Shown piece after piece: positions 1 through 12,385 of a stretch of DNA of 64,000 nucleotides (its first letter is position 1; each line of letters opens with the position of its first letter). The notes under the pieces are model-generated. The model was not told where the DNA came from. It was given only the letters and a program-made list of their open reading frames with translations, and searched no databases. The stretch spans positions 8,949,539 through 9,013,538 of the forward strand of contig OZ316896.1 of assembly GCA_973895155.1 (NCBI GenBank), given 5' to 3'. This stretch comes from Marsupella aquatica. Taxonomy: Eukaryota > Plantae > Marchantiophyta. Made by a program: the position numbers and the translations under genes.

Positions 1-1596
1 TAGCCTAATCAACATGATTCGGGCAGGGCGAATGTGCATCGGATTTCAGGCCCTTTTATAGGGAATCTTCATGTTTCTTCATGATTCACATAATCAATTC
101 ATAGTTTTTGCATGTGTGAGATGAATCTTTAAACGGCTAAACCTCAGACAGTGTTCTGCTGATTCAAATGGGAGAGTTGGAATTTCCACTAGGGCTCCAA
201 TCAATTGTGAGACACTATGGTAGGGTTTTTTTTAGGTTGCATCAATTGCATAAAAAATCCAATGAGAAGGAACATTAAGGCATACAAATAGGGCAATGAT
301 TCATTTAATCTTCAATATTTCATTTGTCCGAGTATTTTAGGTTTTGGTAGGGCTCTCTATCTACTCAGTTGGGCAGTTCTTCTCCTTTTCGGCACCAATA
401 TAAGTACAAGGTACACAAACTAATTTATTTATTGAGTGAACTTGGCCTCCCTCACTAGGGTCTACTACTGGTTTTACGCTTACAGTACACTAAGGAGCCA
501 AGAAGTGGTGGCCAATCAGTCTATCTCCATCCAAAGCAACTTGGAGGGCCAGTTGCACACACTAAAGTTAACATGCCCAAGCCAAATATATCAGGTCTGG
601 CGATAATAAATGCAAAGACCCCAATAGAAGTGACTGTTTGCCTGTTTGGTCCGTTCTTTTAGCCACCTCAAGAGGAGATCCAAATTTTTCACAAAAAACA
701 TGCACACATGCGCAAACAAAGGGACCCACAAGGGGCCCACGTAAAGATGACTAGAATCCCTAATGGTTCTGCCTGATTTTGATTGCCTGTTTACAATCTC
801 ACACGTAGGAACAAAGAACTGTAACCGTCTAGATGTTTTAAAGTTACACTTAGTGGGATTGGAGGTACTCTACTGATGCGGGGAAGCCCTAATAAAAAGT
901 ACTCAGTAGGGTTGAGCTACCTTTCATCGCCAATTGTGTGAATGTGTTTATCTGACCAATCCAATGGAAAGTTAGTTTGGAGCTTGCAAGGAGTGGTGTC
1001 GAGGGTGTCAAGAATACCCATCTTACCATTTCTATGAGATATTGAAAATGCTCTTTCCTAGAGTAAGGAAAGAGGAATTGTCCGACAGGAGAAGAATTGA
1101 AGGTCGATAGAAATCCGGTTTTGCAGACATTTGTCTATTTGAATGGCGATTTTTGCCTCTCTTGCCAGTGCTGTTAAGTATTCAAATGTTCTCTGAGCGA
1201 GGGGAAGGAGGAATTGCCCGTGCTCAAGGAGGATGAGACGACATGAACGTCGATGGAGCTCCACTTTCTTCGTGAAATGGTCCATTGGAATGGCGATAAT
1301 TTGTAGCTTAATGGCTCTATGAATTATTCAGATGTACTGTCGTAGAGTTGACAAAGAAGAACTTCCCGGGAGAGAGGAGGATGAGACGAACTGAAGGTCG
1401 ATAGGGGTTCCATTTTCTTCGTCGAATGGCAATATTCGTACGTCAAAGTCAGGCGTCTTGAGGGTGCCAAGAAATGCCTCTCTTAGCACTGCTATGAAAT
1501 GTTCAAATGTACTCTCGCAGAGGAAGGAAGGAGCAAATGCCCGTGAGTTAGAAGGATGAGACGACTCGCGGGGTGGTGCTTCAGACTGGAGGAGAA

Positions 1597-1938
1597 ATGG
1601 CTGGGGACGATTGGCTGGCGATCGACAAACTGCAGCATTTCCTGGCGTGCCTTTTTATTACAAACTTCGTTGCCTACATCGCCGGTAGGTTCGGAGGAAG
1701 GCGATTCCAAAGGTGGCGTGTTCACCTTGGAGCTCTTTCAGCCCTCCTAGCGGGGGCGGCTAAGGAAGCAGGAGATGCGACGGGGCTGTTGTGGACATCT
1801 GCAGGGCCATCTTTGCGGGACGGAGTGGCGGATATAGCAGGGGTGGTTGCTGGAGTCTTTCTAGAATTTTATGTGTTCACTCAACGACGTCGTGTGTTGG
1901 AGGAGCGACCAGAGAAAGAGTTTGGAGAAGAAGTTTAA
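1597..1938 (+). CDS. Small membrane protein, DUF2279/YfiM-like family
   Basis: Intronless ORF with D.WLAIDKLQHF, hydrophobic helices, AGAAKEAGD and W.SAGPS.RD..AD..G motifs typical of YfiM/DUF2279-like plant proteins. First ATG is at 1597. Confidence 0.7.
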   Translation: MAGDDWLAIDKLQHFLACLFITNFVAYIAGRFGGRRFQRWRVHLGALSALLAGAAKEAGDATGLLWTSAGPSLRDGVADIAGVVAGVFLEFYVFTQRRRVLEERPEKEFGEEV

Positions 1939-2681
1939 AACTTGGCGACACATGGACATGTCTTTCAACTCCAGGTGATGTGGGGGACGATCGCTTCGTT
2001 TGGGGATGTCAAATGCCCCTAAACCGGGCTGCCAAAGAGGTGGCTTGACCTTAAAAAACCATCCATTCATTCATCCATTTCAGGTGGAGGAAGAAAGAAG
2101 CTGCTGCATGTTTGTCCTGATTCACCAAGTGGGCGGCTGAATTTATTTATCGATTTCTTGCACTGTTGACCCTTTCTGGCTTTCAATGGATGGGTTCTCA
2201 GTTTTGAGGACATGGCTTTAGGGTATCCTTTACCCTGGTCTCCAGAGGCAGATAGAGACAACGAAGAGAGACAGCGGGCAGGGGCAGGGCAACGGGGCAC
2301 ACTCTTCGCTGCTCTCTACTTGTCCCAGCATGGCAGATTGTTGTGGCAAATCATTTGAGGATGTTCTCCTCTTTAGCAGAGTGTCTGCACATTTGTTCTA
2401 GACCTTACTTTGAATTGGAAAGGGAAAGAGAGTGGCCTATCAAGAAGGTTGTCCTCAAGACAGAGCACATCTTGGCTGAGATCTGTTGAAAGTGAGACAC
2501 GAAACTGGAACAGAGCGAACATCATATCGTAAACAATGGTTTGTAGGTCTGATATCTCAACTGCTCAGACAGATCTTCCGCTTCTTCGTGGGATTTCTCG
2601 ATGATTGGAAACACAGTCTTAATTAACAGTCCTTAATTGCTCACAAAGTTACTGTTCAAATCTTCTTACAGGAAGGTGTAC

Positions 2682-2956
2682 CAGTGTATTTTTTAAGGAT
2701 TTCACTTTTTCGCCAGAGTGGCAAATGTAAAGTGTGTGAAGGAGAAGATGCTCAAAAGATTCACTATTCAATTATTTTCCTGACCGTCAGATCTCCCTAG
2801 ATTTAAGGCTGACCATTAGATTCTGGCTAAAGGGGCCTGGGATTAGGTGGAACACTGGCTAATGAGACAACAAAAACTTAGCGAATTTTAGCCAAAAGGC
2901 GAAAGATTTTTTGGTAGGTGTAATCTAGCGAATTTTCGCCACTAAAAAAAACACTG
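2682..2956. mobile_element. Non-autonomous hAT-type MITE (275 bp)
   Basis: Termini CAGTGTATTTTTT / AAAAAAAACACTG. Exact 8-bp TSD AGGTGTAC at 2674-2681 and 2957-2964. Subterminal TTCGCC/GGCGAA motifs. Confidence 0.9.
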
Positions 2957-4326
2957 AGGTGTACAATAGTCGCATCTAAGTGATGACGCTATGTGCACTT
3001 CGACTATACCTCAAGACGGTGTTCTTCGAGGACGCTTCAGTACTGGGGCTTGCATTTGGAACTATCGTATGTCAGTTGGAGAGCGAAGAGCAGAAAATTG
3101 AAGTTTGGTAACAGAATGACAAGAAAGACGGGAAAAATGAAGGCATGCATGATATCCGCAACTGCTATACTGTAGTTTTGCAAACTTCCTTCCGAGAAAC
3201 TATCTTTCAGAAGTGTCTGATTAAGCAGATATTCATAGAAACCAAGCTACTGAAACTGAAGCTGGAGAACACTTCTAGAGTATTGGAATCATGATGCAAT
3301 GGAAGAAGTGTGGCATCCGGATCTTCGATGGATAAACCAATGCTTTCTTGCAGGAAACCAAAATCCGCAGAAAGGAATACCTCAACCTCAGTAGATGTAC
3401 AGTAATTGCAAAACCTTTAGCCAATAAGGTTAGTTACGACACGCCATTGGAAGTGTCGCCATCCAACCATGCGATAGTTACTCAAATCGTTTCTTTTCCG
3501 TAAACAACTATTCACGTAAGGAAAGCCTCAACTTCAGGCGATGTCTTTGCAAATTCCAGTCATGACATCCCACGCAAGATATATTTTCAAACTTGTGGAT
3601 GGGCTCTGTTTGACCTGAGATTATTTGAAGGCGGTGAACCCAGTTCCACAAGATCATCAGCAAAACCTCCGCCCGATTCTTTCTTTCTTTTCCTTCTTGG
3701 GTCCATCGATTTGACACCGAGAGATATTTTGCTGGGTTCATGCATGAATCTCACCTTTTGGACAGGATTGTACGTTTGTAAACTGGGCTTCATATATCAG
3801 TGGCAAGTCATATCTTTGTGTATAATATACAACAATTAATTGTAGTCATGAGGGGATCCAGGTCACGGCCGGAGATGACCTGAGAGAGCCAGTCCTGGCC
3901 TCTCGCAACGTGGGAGATTGTTTCCATAAACATAGATATGGGATCAATTTACCCACTCTTCTGGAACCTTAAGCTGCGAATGCCAACAAGCTCTTTGACG
4001 GCCATGAATAGTTCAGCTTTTGTTCTGAAGTACTATAAAATTTTCACAGAAAGATCTTGATTTCTATATAATTAGCTTGCACCTAATTTGCTTTTGAAAG
4101 GGGAAACCACCCAAGAGCAAGCGGCACAACTGGCTTGGAGGTTGGGAAGTTTTCAATACTAGCCCAATTACCCTTTCAAGGAATGTAAATAGATATGAAT
4201 AAAAATATTCTCGCATAACAAAATTTCTATCCTATTTCAACTAGTCTTTGTTTCATCCTTGTTTTTTGTCCACCCTCATTTCAGTTTTATCTATTCTCAT
4301 TTAAAGTTTTTTCACTTTTGTCTGTA

Positions 4327-4446
4327 TTAATGGTTACGGTCTAGAGGTTTCACTCCAAACCCTAGGCTTTTAAGAGTAGACTTCGTTTAATGGTTACGGT
4401 CTAGAGGTTTCACTCCAAACCCTAGGCTTTTAAGAGTAGACTTCGT
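4327..4446. repeat. Perfect 60-bp tandem duplication containing an AAACCCTA telo-box-like motif
   Basis: Two identical adjacent 60-mers starting TTAATGGTTACGG. Confidence 0.9.
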
Positions 4447-7189
4447 TCGTGCTTTTATAGTAAGATTTCCTACGGTTCAATAAGCCCTGGCCTGTGGCAC
4501 ATAATACACCAAATCTGCCCAATTTGGGTTGGAGCAGAAGCTAAAGCATAACTTGTTCCCAAACCAGAGCTGAAGCTAAAGCATGATTGTCTGGCTATGG
4601 ATTGAACTCGAGACCTGCTGTCAAACGTCACCCTTCTTGAGCTGACCACAAGGCATGCTGTCAAAAGTCACCCCTTTGACCACAAGGCAACCACTCGAGT
4701 GCCTGTTGCACCCAATATTGATATCCAGTAAAGAACTCATGCATTGTTGCTTAAACTAAATTTTGGAGGAGAGATCATACTTTGTTACGATAAGAACCAT
4801 TGCTACATCCATGGACCAGTTGTCTTCGTCAATGCAGCCCTTATAGGTATTAGACCAGATGAGAGTAGTGACCATAGATCCAATTTCAGACAGTGGACCC
4901 ATGCCCTGGTAATTGTAGTATTAATTGGGCCCATTCTCGTATACTTTTAGCAGCTAATGCATACTCAACTAACTTTAGCCAAGAACCCTTGCTCTGAACA
5001 TGTGAGATCAAAACAATCTGTTCACATTAACAGTTGCTTGATGAGCCCAGTCAAAATAATATTGGAGACCATCAGTCAATTAGCTTTTCTCAGTCCTTCG
5101 ACTTTTTTTGTATGCCTGCCCCACTTGCTGATGTAGTTAGTACATTGAATGTGGCTTATTAAATTTTGTCACATTTTCCAATGTGGACACTAGTCCTTGA
5201 GTTTGCACTCATGCAGTGTTTGACACTCTTCCTTTTATTTTCTTTAATTTTTAGTTTTTAGGTTTGCATTTGCTTTTTTTTTCTTCCTTATTTGGTGTTA
5301 GTACTCTTTGGGCCTACACTGATTATTGAAATTGGTCTCACACACAATATTTAGGAACAAAGTTTATTGAAAAATATCAACATAATTAATGTGTGTGAGA
5401 CTATATATGAAGTGAGAGTAAATATATGTTATTCTAAATTAAGGTAAGTGAGATTATTTTTGGTGACATGCAAATAGTGTGTGATGAACTCTAAATTGAT
5501 GTGTGTAACTTGTATAAAACATAAAATTCTCCAGTAGTAAGTCTATTTGCAAGGGATATAAAACAAAAAATGAATTTAAACTTTTTAAAAGTATGATGAA
5601 TTGAAAAGAAGATTATAAATACGTGCAATAGACTAAACTCACTGCTTGTACTATTTCAATCTGAGTTTACTCTAAATCCATTTCCAGATCTACATTGAAT
5701 TGTCATGTCCAGAGTCATTATCTTATGATCAGACTCAGAACCCACAAGGGTTCTTCTCTTAGTGCCATTTTTTATTAATCCATAGGAGACTAGTAAGGAA
5801 CCTATTTTTTTATATTGTTTTGAGATTTGTAGTGACACCCTTAGTTTATTAGTGTGTGTGAGACAGGAGACTAAATAAGTTAAAATACTAATTATGATTT
5901 ATTAGTGTGTGTGAAAAGGAGACTAGATAAGTTATAATACTAATTACAATAAGAGTGTAATTTTCTTTGGATCACTTTTTCGTTCCATTGTACTTAATTT
6001 TTTTATAAAACTTTGGTGGAATTCCACTTGTGTGAACTTTTCCGTATTCAAAAACACTTTGTTGGTTCATGTGTGTGACCGTCATCACTCATCAGCATCT
6101 GGACCCGGTCGGATCGGAATTCAGGACAGGAAAGGAAAGTGCGTAAAGTGGTGTAGGAGTCGATCCGAAACGGATGCCCCGCCATCAATTCATCCCCAAG
6201 CGAGGGGTCTGCTCTCCCCTCCTGGAAGTCAAAGTCAATCGGAGAGGAGAATGAACGGGAACGAGAGGAGAACTCAATGCCCGAGAGGAGAACTCAATGG
6301 AGAGGGTGGAGTACAGTAGCTGAGCCCAAGGGACTTCAAAGCTCAAATCAAATTTGACTTTGGGGGACGGGGAAGTACAGTACCGGTACATGGGTTCATG
6401 GGTTGGGAGAATTTTGGAACTTGGGAAGCTTTTGAACTTTGAATGGTGAATGAAAGGGAAAGACGGTCAGCTATTTCTGCATTGAATGCTATTTTTATAT
6501 TTCTTCTGACGTCGTGCACGGCTCTAGTCCTAAGTCCTTCCTTGCTTTCCTGACTTCATCAGTACATTTGTTCATACCGCCCCACCTACTGTACACACCA
6601 GTCTAGCTAGCCACCTATGCAGCTACCAACGTAGCCACCCGGCCCAAGAGCCCATCGCTAGATTAGCGAGCTTGCTTGCAGTCCAGGCTACTGTCATCAA
6701 ATTGAGAACCAGCAGCGAGTTCGAGGCAGGCATGGAGATGTCACAGCTTAGGTACAGCGGTACAGTACTTGGGTCTTGGGGTGATTTTGTTGTCGGGCCA
6801 TGCACTGAGTAGGTGTCGGAGGAGTGAGTTTGATACTTTGATTGTGGATGAATACACTCCAGTGTATCAAAGTTTGATACTTTGATTGTGGATGAATACA
6901 ATCCTCGCGATTATTCTCCTGCTTCCCGCGAGTACGCCCATAGGCGATGCTGCTGCGATACATACCCGCGTTCGTGGTTGCGGTTTCCAGCTGGGAAGCT
7001 TGCAGCTGGCGAAATATTGAGTTTCGATGAGGTGTCCAAGTTTCAAACGGAACAGGAACGAACGAACGGACCTACGCACGAGACATCATTCTGAAGCAAG
7101 CCGAAGCTGTGCAGTGGAGATCATAATTTCGGAATTTAGGTATGTCTCCGATTTTTGCTCTGATTAGACTCAGTTTTGTTGTTGCGACG

Positions 7190-7605
7190 AGGTTATTGCT
7201 GGTTTTGTTTTGATTTGTTTGGGTTGGATTGGATTGGATTACTGCGAATGAGTCAACGGAAGTCGTCCGATTGTGTTGGTATAGTGACCCCTCCAGTGAA
7301 TTTGAGACGGGAGAGAAACTTCTGAACTAATCCATCTAAGAATTATTGCTGGTTTTGTTTTGTTTTGATTTGTTTGGGTTGGATTGGATTACTGCGAATG
7401 AGTCAACGAAAGTCGTCCGATTGTGTTGGTCCAGCGACCCGTCCAGTGAATTTGAGACGGAAGAGAAAATTCTGAAACAATCCATCTAATAATCGCGACT
7501 CGGTCTCCCGACTCGGTAGTGTTTCCTTTGCACGCATGTCCAGATTGAATCGCGACTCGATCTCCCGACTCGGTAGTGTTTCCTTTGCACGCATGTCCAG
7601 ATTGT
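7190..7605. repeat. Local tandem duplications (~150 bp x2 and 57 bp x2), probably in a 5'-UTR intron upstream of the ARM gene
   Basis: TTATTGCTGGTTTTG...AATCCATCTAA occurs twice, as does AATCGCGACTCG...CCAGATTG. Candidate GT donor near 7140 and AG acceptors near 7917 and 7980. Confidence 0.7.
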
Positions 7606-8148
7606 GACGTTGAGCGTCGGTCTCCCATGAAAACCGAAAATCCATTGGTTCGGACGCCGTGCAGTTTGGGAGAGGAATCGACCTACCGAAACTCCCTACT
7701 TGACGTTTTGATCTTGGAGAATGATCCGCAAGAAATAATCGATAGATTTTCTCCTCTTCGGCTTAGAATCGCTTCCTACTGTACATTCGAATGGGAAAAA
7801 ATCGAACCTTTCGAGTAAATTTGCGCTCGTCGGTCAAATGCTGTAGATTCTACCATCATTATGGACTTCAAAGCTCAAGCATTGGAATCTCTGAATGGTA
7901 TGGTGTGATTGTGGCAGATCCTGTGAATCACAAATTAGTCAGTGAGTGAGTGATTGACTAGTCTGATTTGCCGCTTGCAGGGATTCCCACTGTCCATCGA
8001 TACGCCAACAGAAGGTTCCTCTTGGAGTTCACTATTTATGCTGTCCCTACTCAAGTCCATATACTGATAGGTAAGTACGTATTACTGCGAACTCGAGGAC
8101 CTGGAAGAGGACTGCTGCTGATGCACTAAAGTAGGAAACGGTTCGAAG

Positions 8149-10359
8149 ATGGAAACCTCAGCAGCGCCGTTGGTGGTTCTGCAAGCTAATCATCATGGAT
8201 ACGCTGTAGTTGTGGGCCTCGCGGTTGAGCAAAACCGTGTCGGAAACGTCTCTGCTGAGAAGAACACCGATTTCACTTCGACGCTCAGGCCAACGGGAGT
8301 TTTGCCCAATGGTAAGTTCGAGACGGAATCGGCGTCGAGAGCATCGACTGCAGCTAGGTCGGATCTACGAACGCGTTTGACGAGGTGGAGACGATCCGTG
8401 GTGCAGCCTAGCTTATCGGTAGTTCCTCAGAGCATGACCATTGACAGGCTCGTGGCGTTTCTCTCGGACGATAAGAGCCCGAAGACGCAACAGCAGGCAG
8501 CGAAGAAGCTGGCGGAATTGTCTGCCATAGATGAAAATCAGTCCACTATCGCCATTTCCTCGCAGGCACTGGCGGGTCTGACCAGAATACTGTTTGCCGA
8601 CAGTCAAAGCTTACGGTACCACGCAGCTATTGCTTTGGGAAATCTCGCTGCAATTGAAGACAATTTGAAGAGCTTCAAGCAATATCCCGAAGCGATGATT
8701 GGTCTAGTGAGTTCGCTGTTCCGACGCAAGGACATGCTTGTGCAACAAGGGGCAGCCATAGCGCTTGGAAATCTGTCGCTCTGGCGCGAAGGAGGAAAGA
8801 TGATCTTAGATACTCCTCAGTCCATCAGGGGTCTAGTGCGGTTAGCAATGGTGGTGCCCAGTGGTTCAAGCAATGGAAGCAATGGCCAATGTTGTGGCCA
8901 GGACGAAGCAAAACGGGCCCTACTAAACCTTGCACTCTTACGGGAGAATAAGCCGATTCTAGACTGCCCCATCTCATTACCAGCTTTGGCTGGATTTCTT
9001 AGCCCTCATAACGATGGTTTGGAGCAGGAGGATGCAGTCAAGGCTCTTGCAAGCCTGGCATACACTAAAGAAAACGCAAAGAAAATTGCAGAATCTGGTG
9101 AATTTCCTCTCATTTTAGCAGCTCTTGTCCGATTCCTTAATTATAGTAGCAGCCCAGCGACAGGCTCGACGAGGCCTTCGATTGCGGCACGCAAACTGGC
9201 AGCAATAGCACTGACCAATCTTTCTATCACGGATGGCATTCAACGAATGGTGGCCGAGTTTCCCAACGCTCTCACAGGATTGTTTGCGTGTTTGCTACTT
9301 CAAGAGGGCGAGAGAGCTTTATATTTGCAGCTGCAGGAGTGTGCCGCCATGGCTCTTGGGAACTTGGCTCTCTCAAAGGAGAATCGAAAGAGGATCGTGG
9401 ATTTTGGCAGCACTGATGGTTTAATAGGTCTGGCCAGTTTGTTGTTCCAAGACGAGAATCCTGGTGGACAGGAGTACGCCGCATGGGCATTGGCTAATCT
9501 ATCCCATGATCCAGTTGATTCAGAAGAGACTGCTGTCAAGATGGCCTACAGTCCCAACATTGTGCGAGGCTTAGTACGTCTCTTGCAGCTGCCCACTTCA
9601 CACGTCCCACAGCAATCAGGCTCCCGATCCAGAATCGGAGTGCAGGAGCAGGCCTTGCGAGCTTTGGCAAATCTCACTTTCCCATACGAGAGCCAGGTGA
9701 AAATCGGACGAGTTCCGAATGTTGTGAAAACCCTCGCAGCTGCATTGCTCTCAAGGCGTTGTCATCAGAATGCGAGCCCCGCGATACAGGAGCATGCCTC
9801 GAGAGCCCTCGCAAACCTGACCAGCGCGAAGGAGAATTGGAGGTCCTCACAACTCTTTGGCGACGCTTTCCGAGCTCTGGTCGACGTTCTGTCGATAGAC
9901 AATGAGGAAGTGAGCCTTAAAACCTGGAAGTGTGGAGCAGCTGCGTTGGGGAATTTTGCTCTAGCCCCTTCCCATCATCGGGCAATTGTCGAATCCAAGC
10001 AGGCCATGACGGGTCTTGTGAGGATGCTGTTCAGGAGAGATTACCCCGTTGTAGGGAAGGAACAAGCGGCATGGACACTTGCCAACCTTGCCAATGGAGA
10101 CATCTCCACCAAGTCTGCCATTGCCAGCATTCCCTTTGCTGTAACTGGACTGCTGGGATTATTGTCCAGCCGAGAATGCTCCAGAGTGCGGGACCAAGCA
10201 AGACGGGCACTCGCTGGCCTCCGGGATGTCGTGTTAGACAACCACGGATCAAGGATTTCAGTTGCTAGTGCTGCCCCAGGTGACGCTGGGCCTCCTAACC
10301 ATACTCCATTATTAGTCTCCAGGTTTGATATCTCACCCCGTGCCGAAGCATGCATCTGA
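8149..10359 (+). CDS. Armadillo (ARM)-repeat protein, intronless, 736 aa
   Basis: About 11-12 repeats of the form L..LV.LL......QE.AA.AL.NL(S/A), with an open frame throughout. Confidence 0.92.
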   Translation: METSAAPLVVLQANHHGYAVVVGLAVEQNRVGNVSAEKNTDFTSTLRPTGVLPNGKFETESASRASTAARSDLRTRLTRWRRSVVQPSLSVVPQSMTIDRLVAFLSDDKSPKTQQQAAKKLAELSAIDENQSTIAISSQALAGLTRILFADSQSLRYHAAIALGNLAAIEDNLKSFKQYPEAMIGLVSSLFRRKDMLVQQGAAIALGNLSLWREGGKMILDTPQSIRGLVRLAMVVPSGSSNGSNGQCCGQDEAKRALLNLALLRENKPILDCPISLPALAGFLSPHNDGLEQEDAVKALASLAYTKENAKKIAESGEFPLILAALVRFLNYSSSPATGSTRPSIAARKLAAIALTNLSITDGIQRMVAEFPNALTGLFACLLLQEGERALYLQLQECAAMALGNLALSKENRKRIVDFGSTDGLIGLASLLFQDENPGGQEYAAWALANLSHDPVDSEETAVKMAYSPNIVRGLVRLLQLPTSHVPQQSGSRSRIGVQEQALRALANLTFPYESQVKIGRVPNVVKTLAAALLSRRCHQNASPAIQEHASRALANLTSAKENWRSSQLFGDAFRALVDVLSIDNEEVSLKTWKCGAAALGNFALAPSHHRAIVESKQAMTGLVRMLFRRDYPVVGKEQAAWTLANLANGDISTKSAIASIPFAVTGLLGLLSSRECSRVRDQARRALAGLRDVVLDNHGSRISVASAAPGDAGPPNHTPLLVSRFDISPRAEACI

Positions 10360-12139
10360 CGCAAACCCGAGTTTGCTATGGCCAGGCTATGTACATTAAA
10401 GTTTTGATTGAACAAGTTCCATGTGGGAAAATGCGCTGCAAGTCTACAGTTTAGTGGCCTGGATTTGCAAAAACACAATAATACACCTAGAAGAAGTCTT
10501 TGAGAAAGTTGAATTGAATTCAGTACTCGTGTAGATTTAAGTAGATTATGAGTTAATACGATTGTCACTACTCCTGGAGAGAAAGTGGTGATTCGGATCA
10601 ACTTACTGACTGAGAATCCAAAATTGTGGCATCAATTAAGTGCCTGGGGATTTGGATGATCTTGTTGACTGAGAACCCGGGCTTGCCAATATCGATCGTC
10701 GCACGGATTACTTAGTGGGTTAACTTGTTAGAAATCCTCCCCTTCAATTGTAATTTTAGTTGCAGAAACGATCGGAATTCCTCGAACATTGTCGAGAACA
10801 TCTGATCCAGCTAGAAGCTGTAGAATTCAACGACAAATGTAAAGTCGGGGACTGTCGTTAATCAGTCAGCGGACCGAATGAAAGAGTTAATGGCCAAAAC
10901 GAAAGTGTTGCATCGCTCCCAAGATGGGTGTATCTTATTTTGGTTCGAAGGCAAAAAAATCAAAGAGTTCATGGCCAAACACAATGGAAATCATGGCCAA
11001 CTTATCCTAAGCACAATTAATGAGATCGGCCCACCACTGTACGACAATAATATTTGACTCGAACGTAAACTTGTCTATTACCAATCTTGTCCTCTTCGTC
11101 AATGCCTGCGACCATCATTGTCTTCCGTCTCCAATTTGCTTTGACCTTATTTGTGAGTTGTGACCATTCGGAATTTCAGACATGGATGATGACAGACCTG
11201 GTGTTGCAATTGTCAATTGGACGGAATGATTGTTAGGGTACAAGCTACAGTCGACAGCTCGTCAGTTCATGACCCGATGAGAGTGCCAGTGTGCGCACGG
11301 CACTAGTCTACTACCCACAGACGATCATTTCAATCAATTAGTACGTGGCAAGACATTCGCAACGTAAACCGCTCGTGCTTGGTCTTTCTGAATTTTATTA
11401 CCTGAACGAACTGATGAGACGGTGTGAATCGGGAGCAAATAAATGAGCAATGTTGCTGTCGGGGAACGAACCCACTTCCATTGTACCCCCAATTGTACCC
11501 TGAAAACGTTCAACATGATCAACCGTTCAGGTCAGGCGACAAAAACTGTTACAGAATAGGGAATGTAATACTCGAGTGATGATTATACAACCCTGTCTTC
11601 ACATCCGCGAGCTCTAGGAGAGACTCAGTGAGTGCATCAGTGGAAGATTTCGTTTGCCCAGATGATTTTAGTTTCGGTAGGCGAATGATGCGTTTAGTAC
11701 AAGTGCACGTACATTTGGCAGCGGCGTCGTTCGTCAGCGTGAATGACTGAATTCGAGTGAATGACGAATTCAGCCTGAACGACGAATTCAGTCATGACTG
11801 AATTGGGTGCACCCTCCAACGATGCCTGCTGCTGATGAATCTGGATCGTATTTGAATGGACCTCTCGTCCCTTCATGATAGATGTGGCAGGCAGCCGCCT
11901 CGAAGTGACGTGACCTACGGTAGCTAATTAATGTTTTGACCGGTTAACTTGTAATAAGTTGAATGCTCTTGACGTGTACACTTATCATGTTGTGTTATTT
12001 TTAGAGATTTCCAACTGTGTACTACTGTACTGTATTTGCTACTGTATAAATTAAATGCAAGGTAACGAGTCACCTTTTCTCAGGATGGGATGATATACAT
12101 GGCAAAATGCATGCACAATGGTTACTGGGTTTAGTACCT

Positions 12140-12385
12140 ACATAGGCACCCTTGGTTACTAATCATTAGCCCCAATTATCCCCTTCTTTGAAGTTGAATA
12201 GGCACCCTTGGTTACTAATCACTAGCCCCAATTATCCCCTTCTTTGAACTTGAATCGACGTGAGTATGATAAATATGTCACCAAAATATACCCCCCTTGG
12301 TTACTAATCACTAGCCCCAATTATCCCCTTCTTTGAACTTGAATCTACGTGAGTATGATAAATATGTCACCAAAATATACCCCTT
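12140..12385. repeat. Short tandem duplications in AT-rich, probably TE-derived DNA
   Basis: CCCTTGGTTACTAATCA...CCCCTTCTTTGAA occurs three times; CGTGAGTATGATAAATATGTCACC occurs twice. Confidence 0.75.

Noticed and set aside
1000-1565. Degenerate ~150-300 bp repeats upstream of the DUF2279-like gene
   Set aside because: Visible but highly decayed, with no supportable product or element boundaries.
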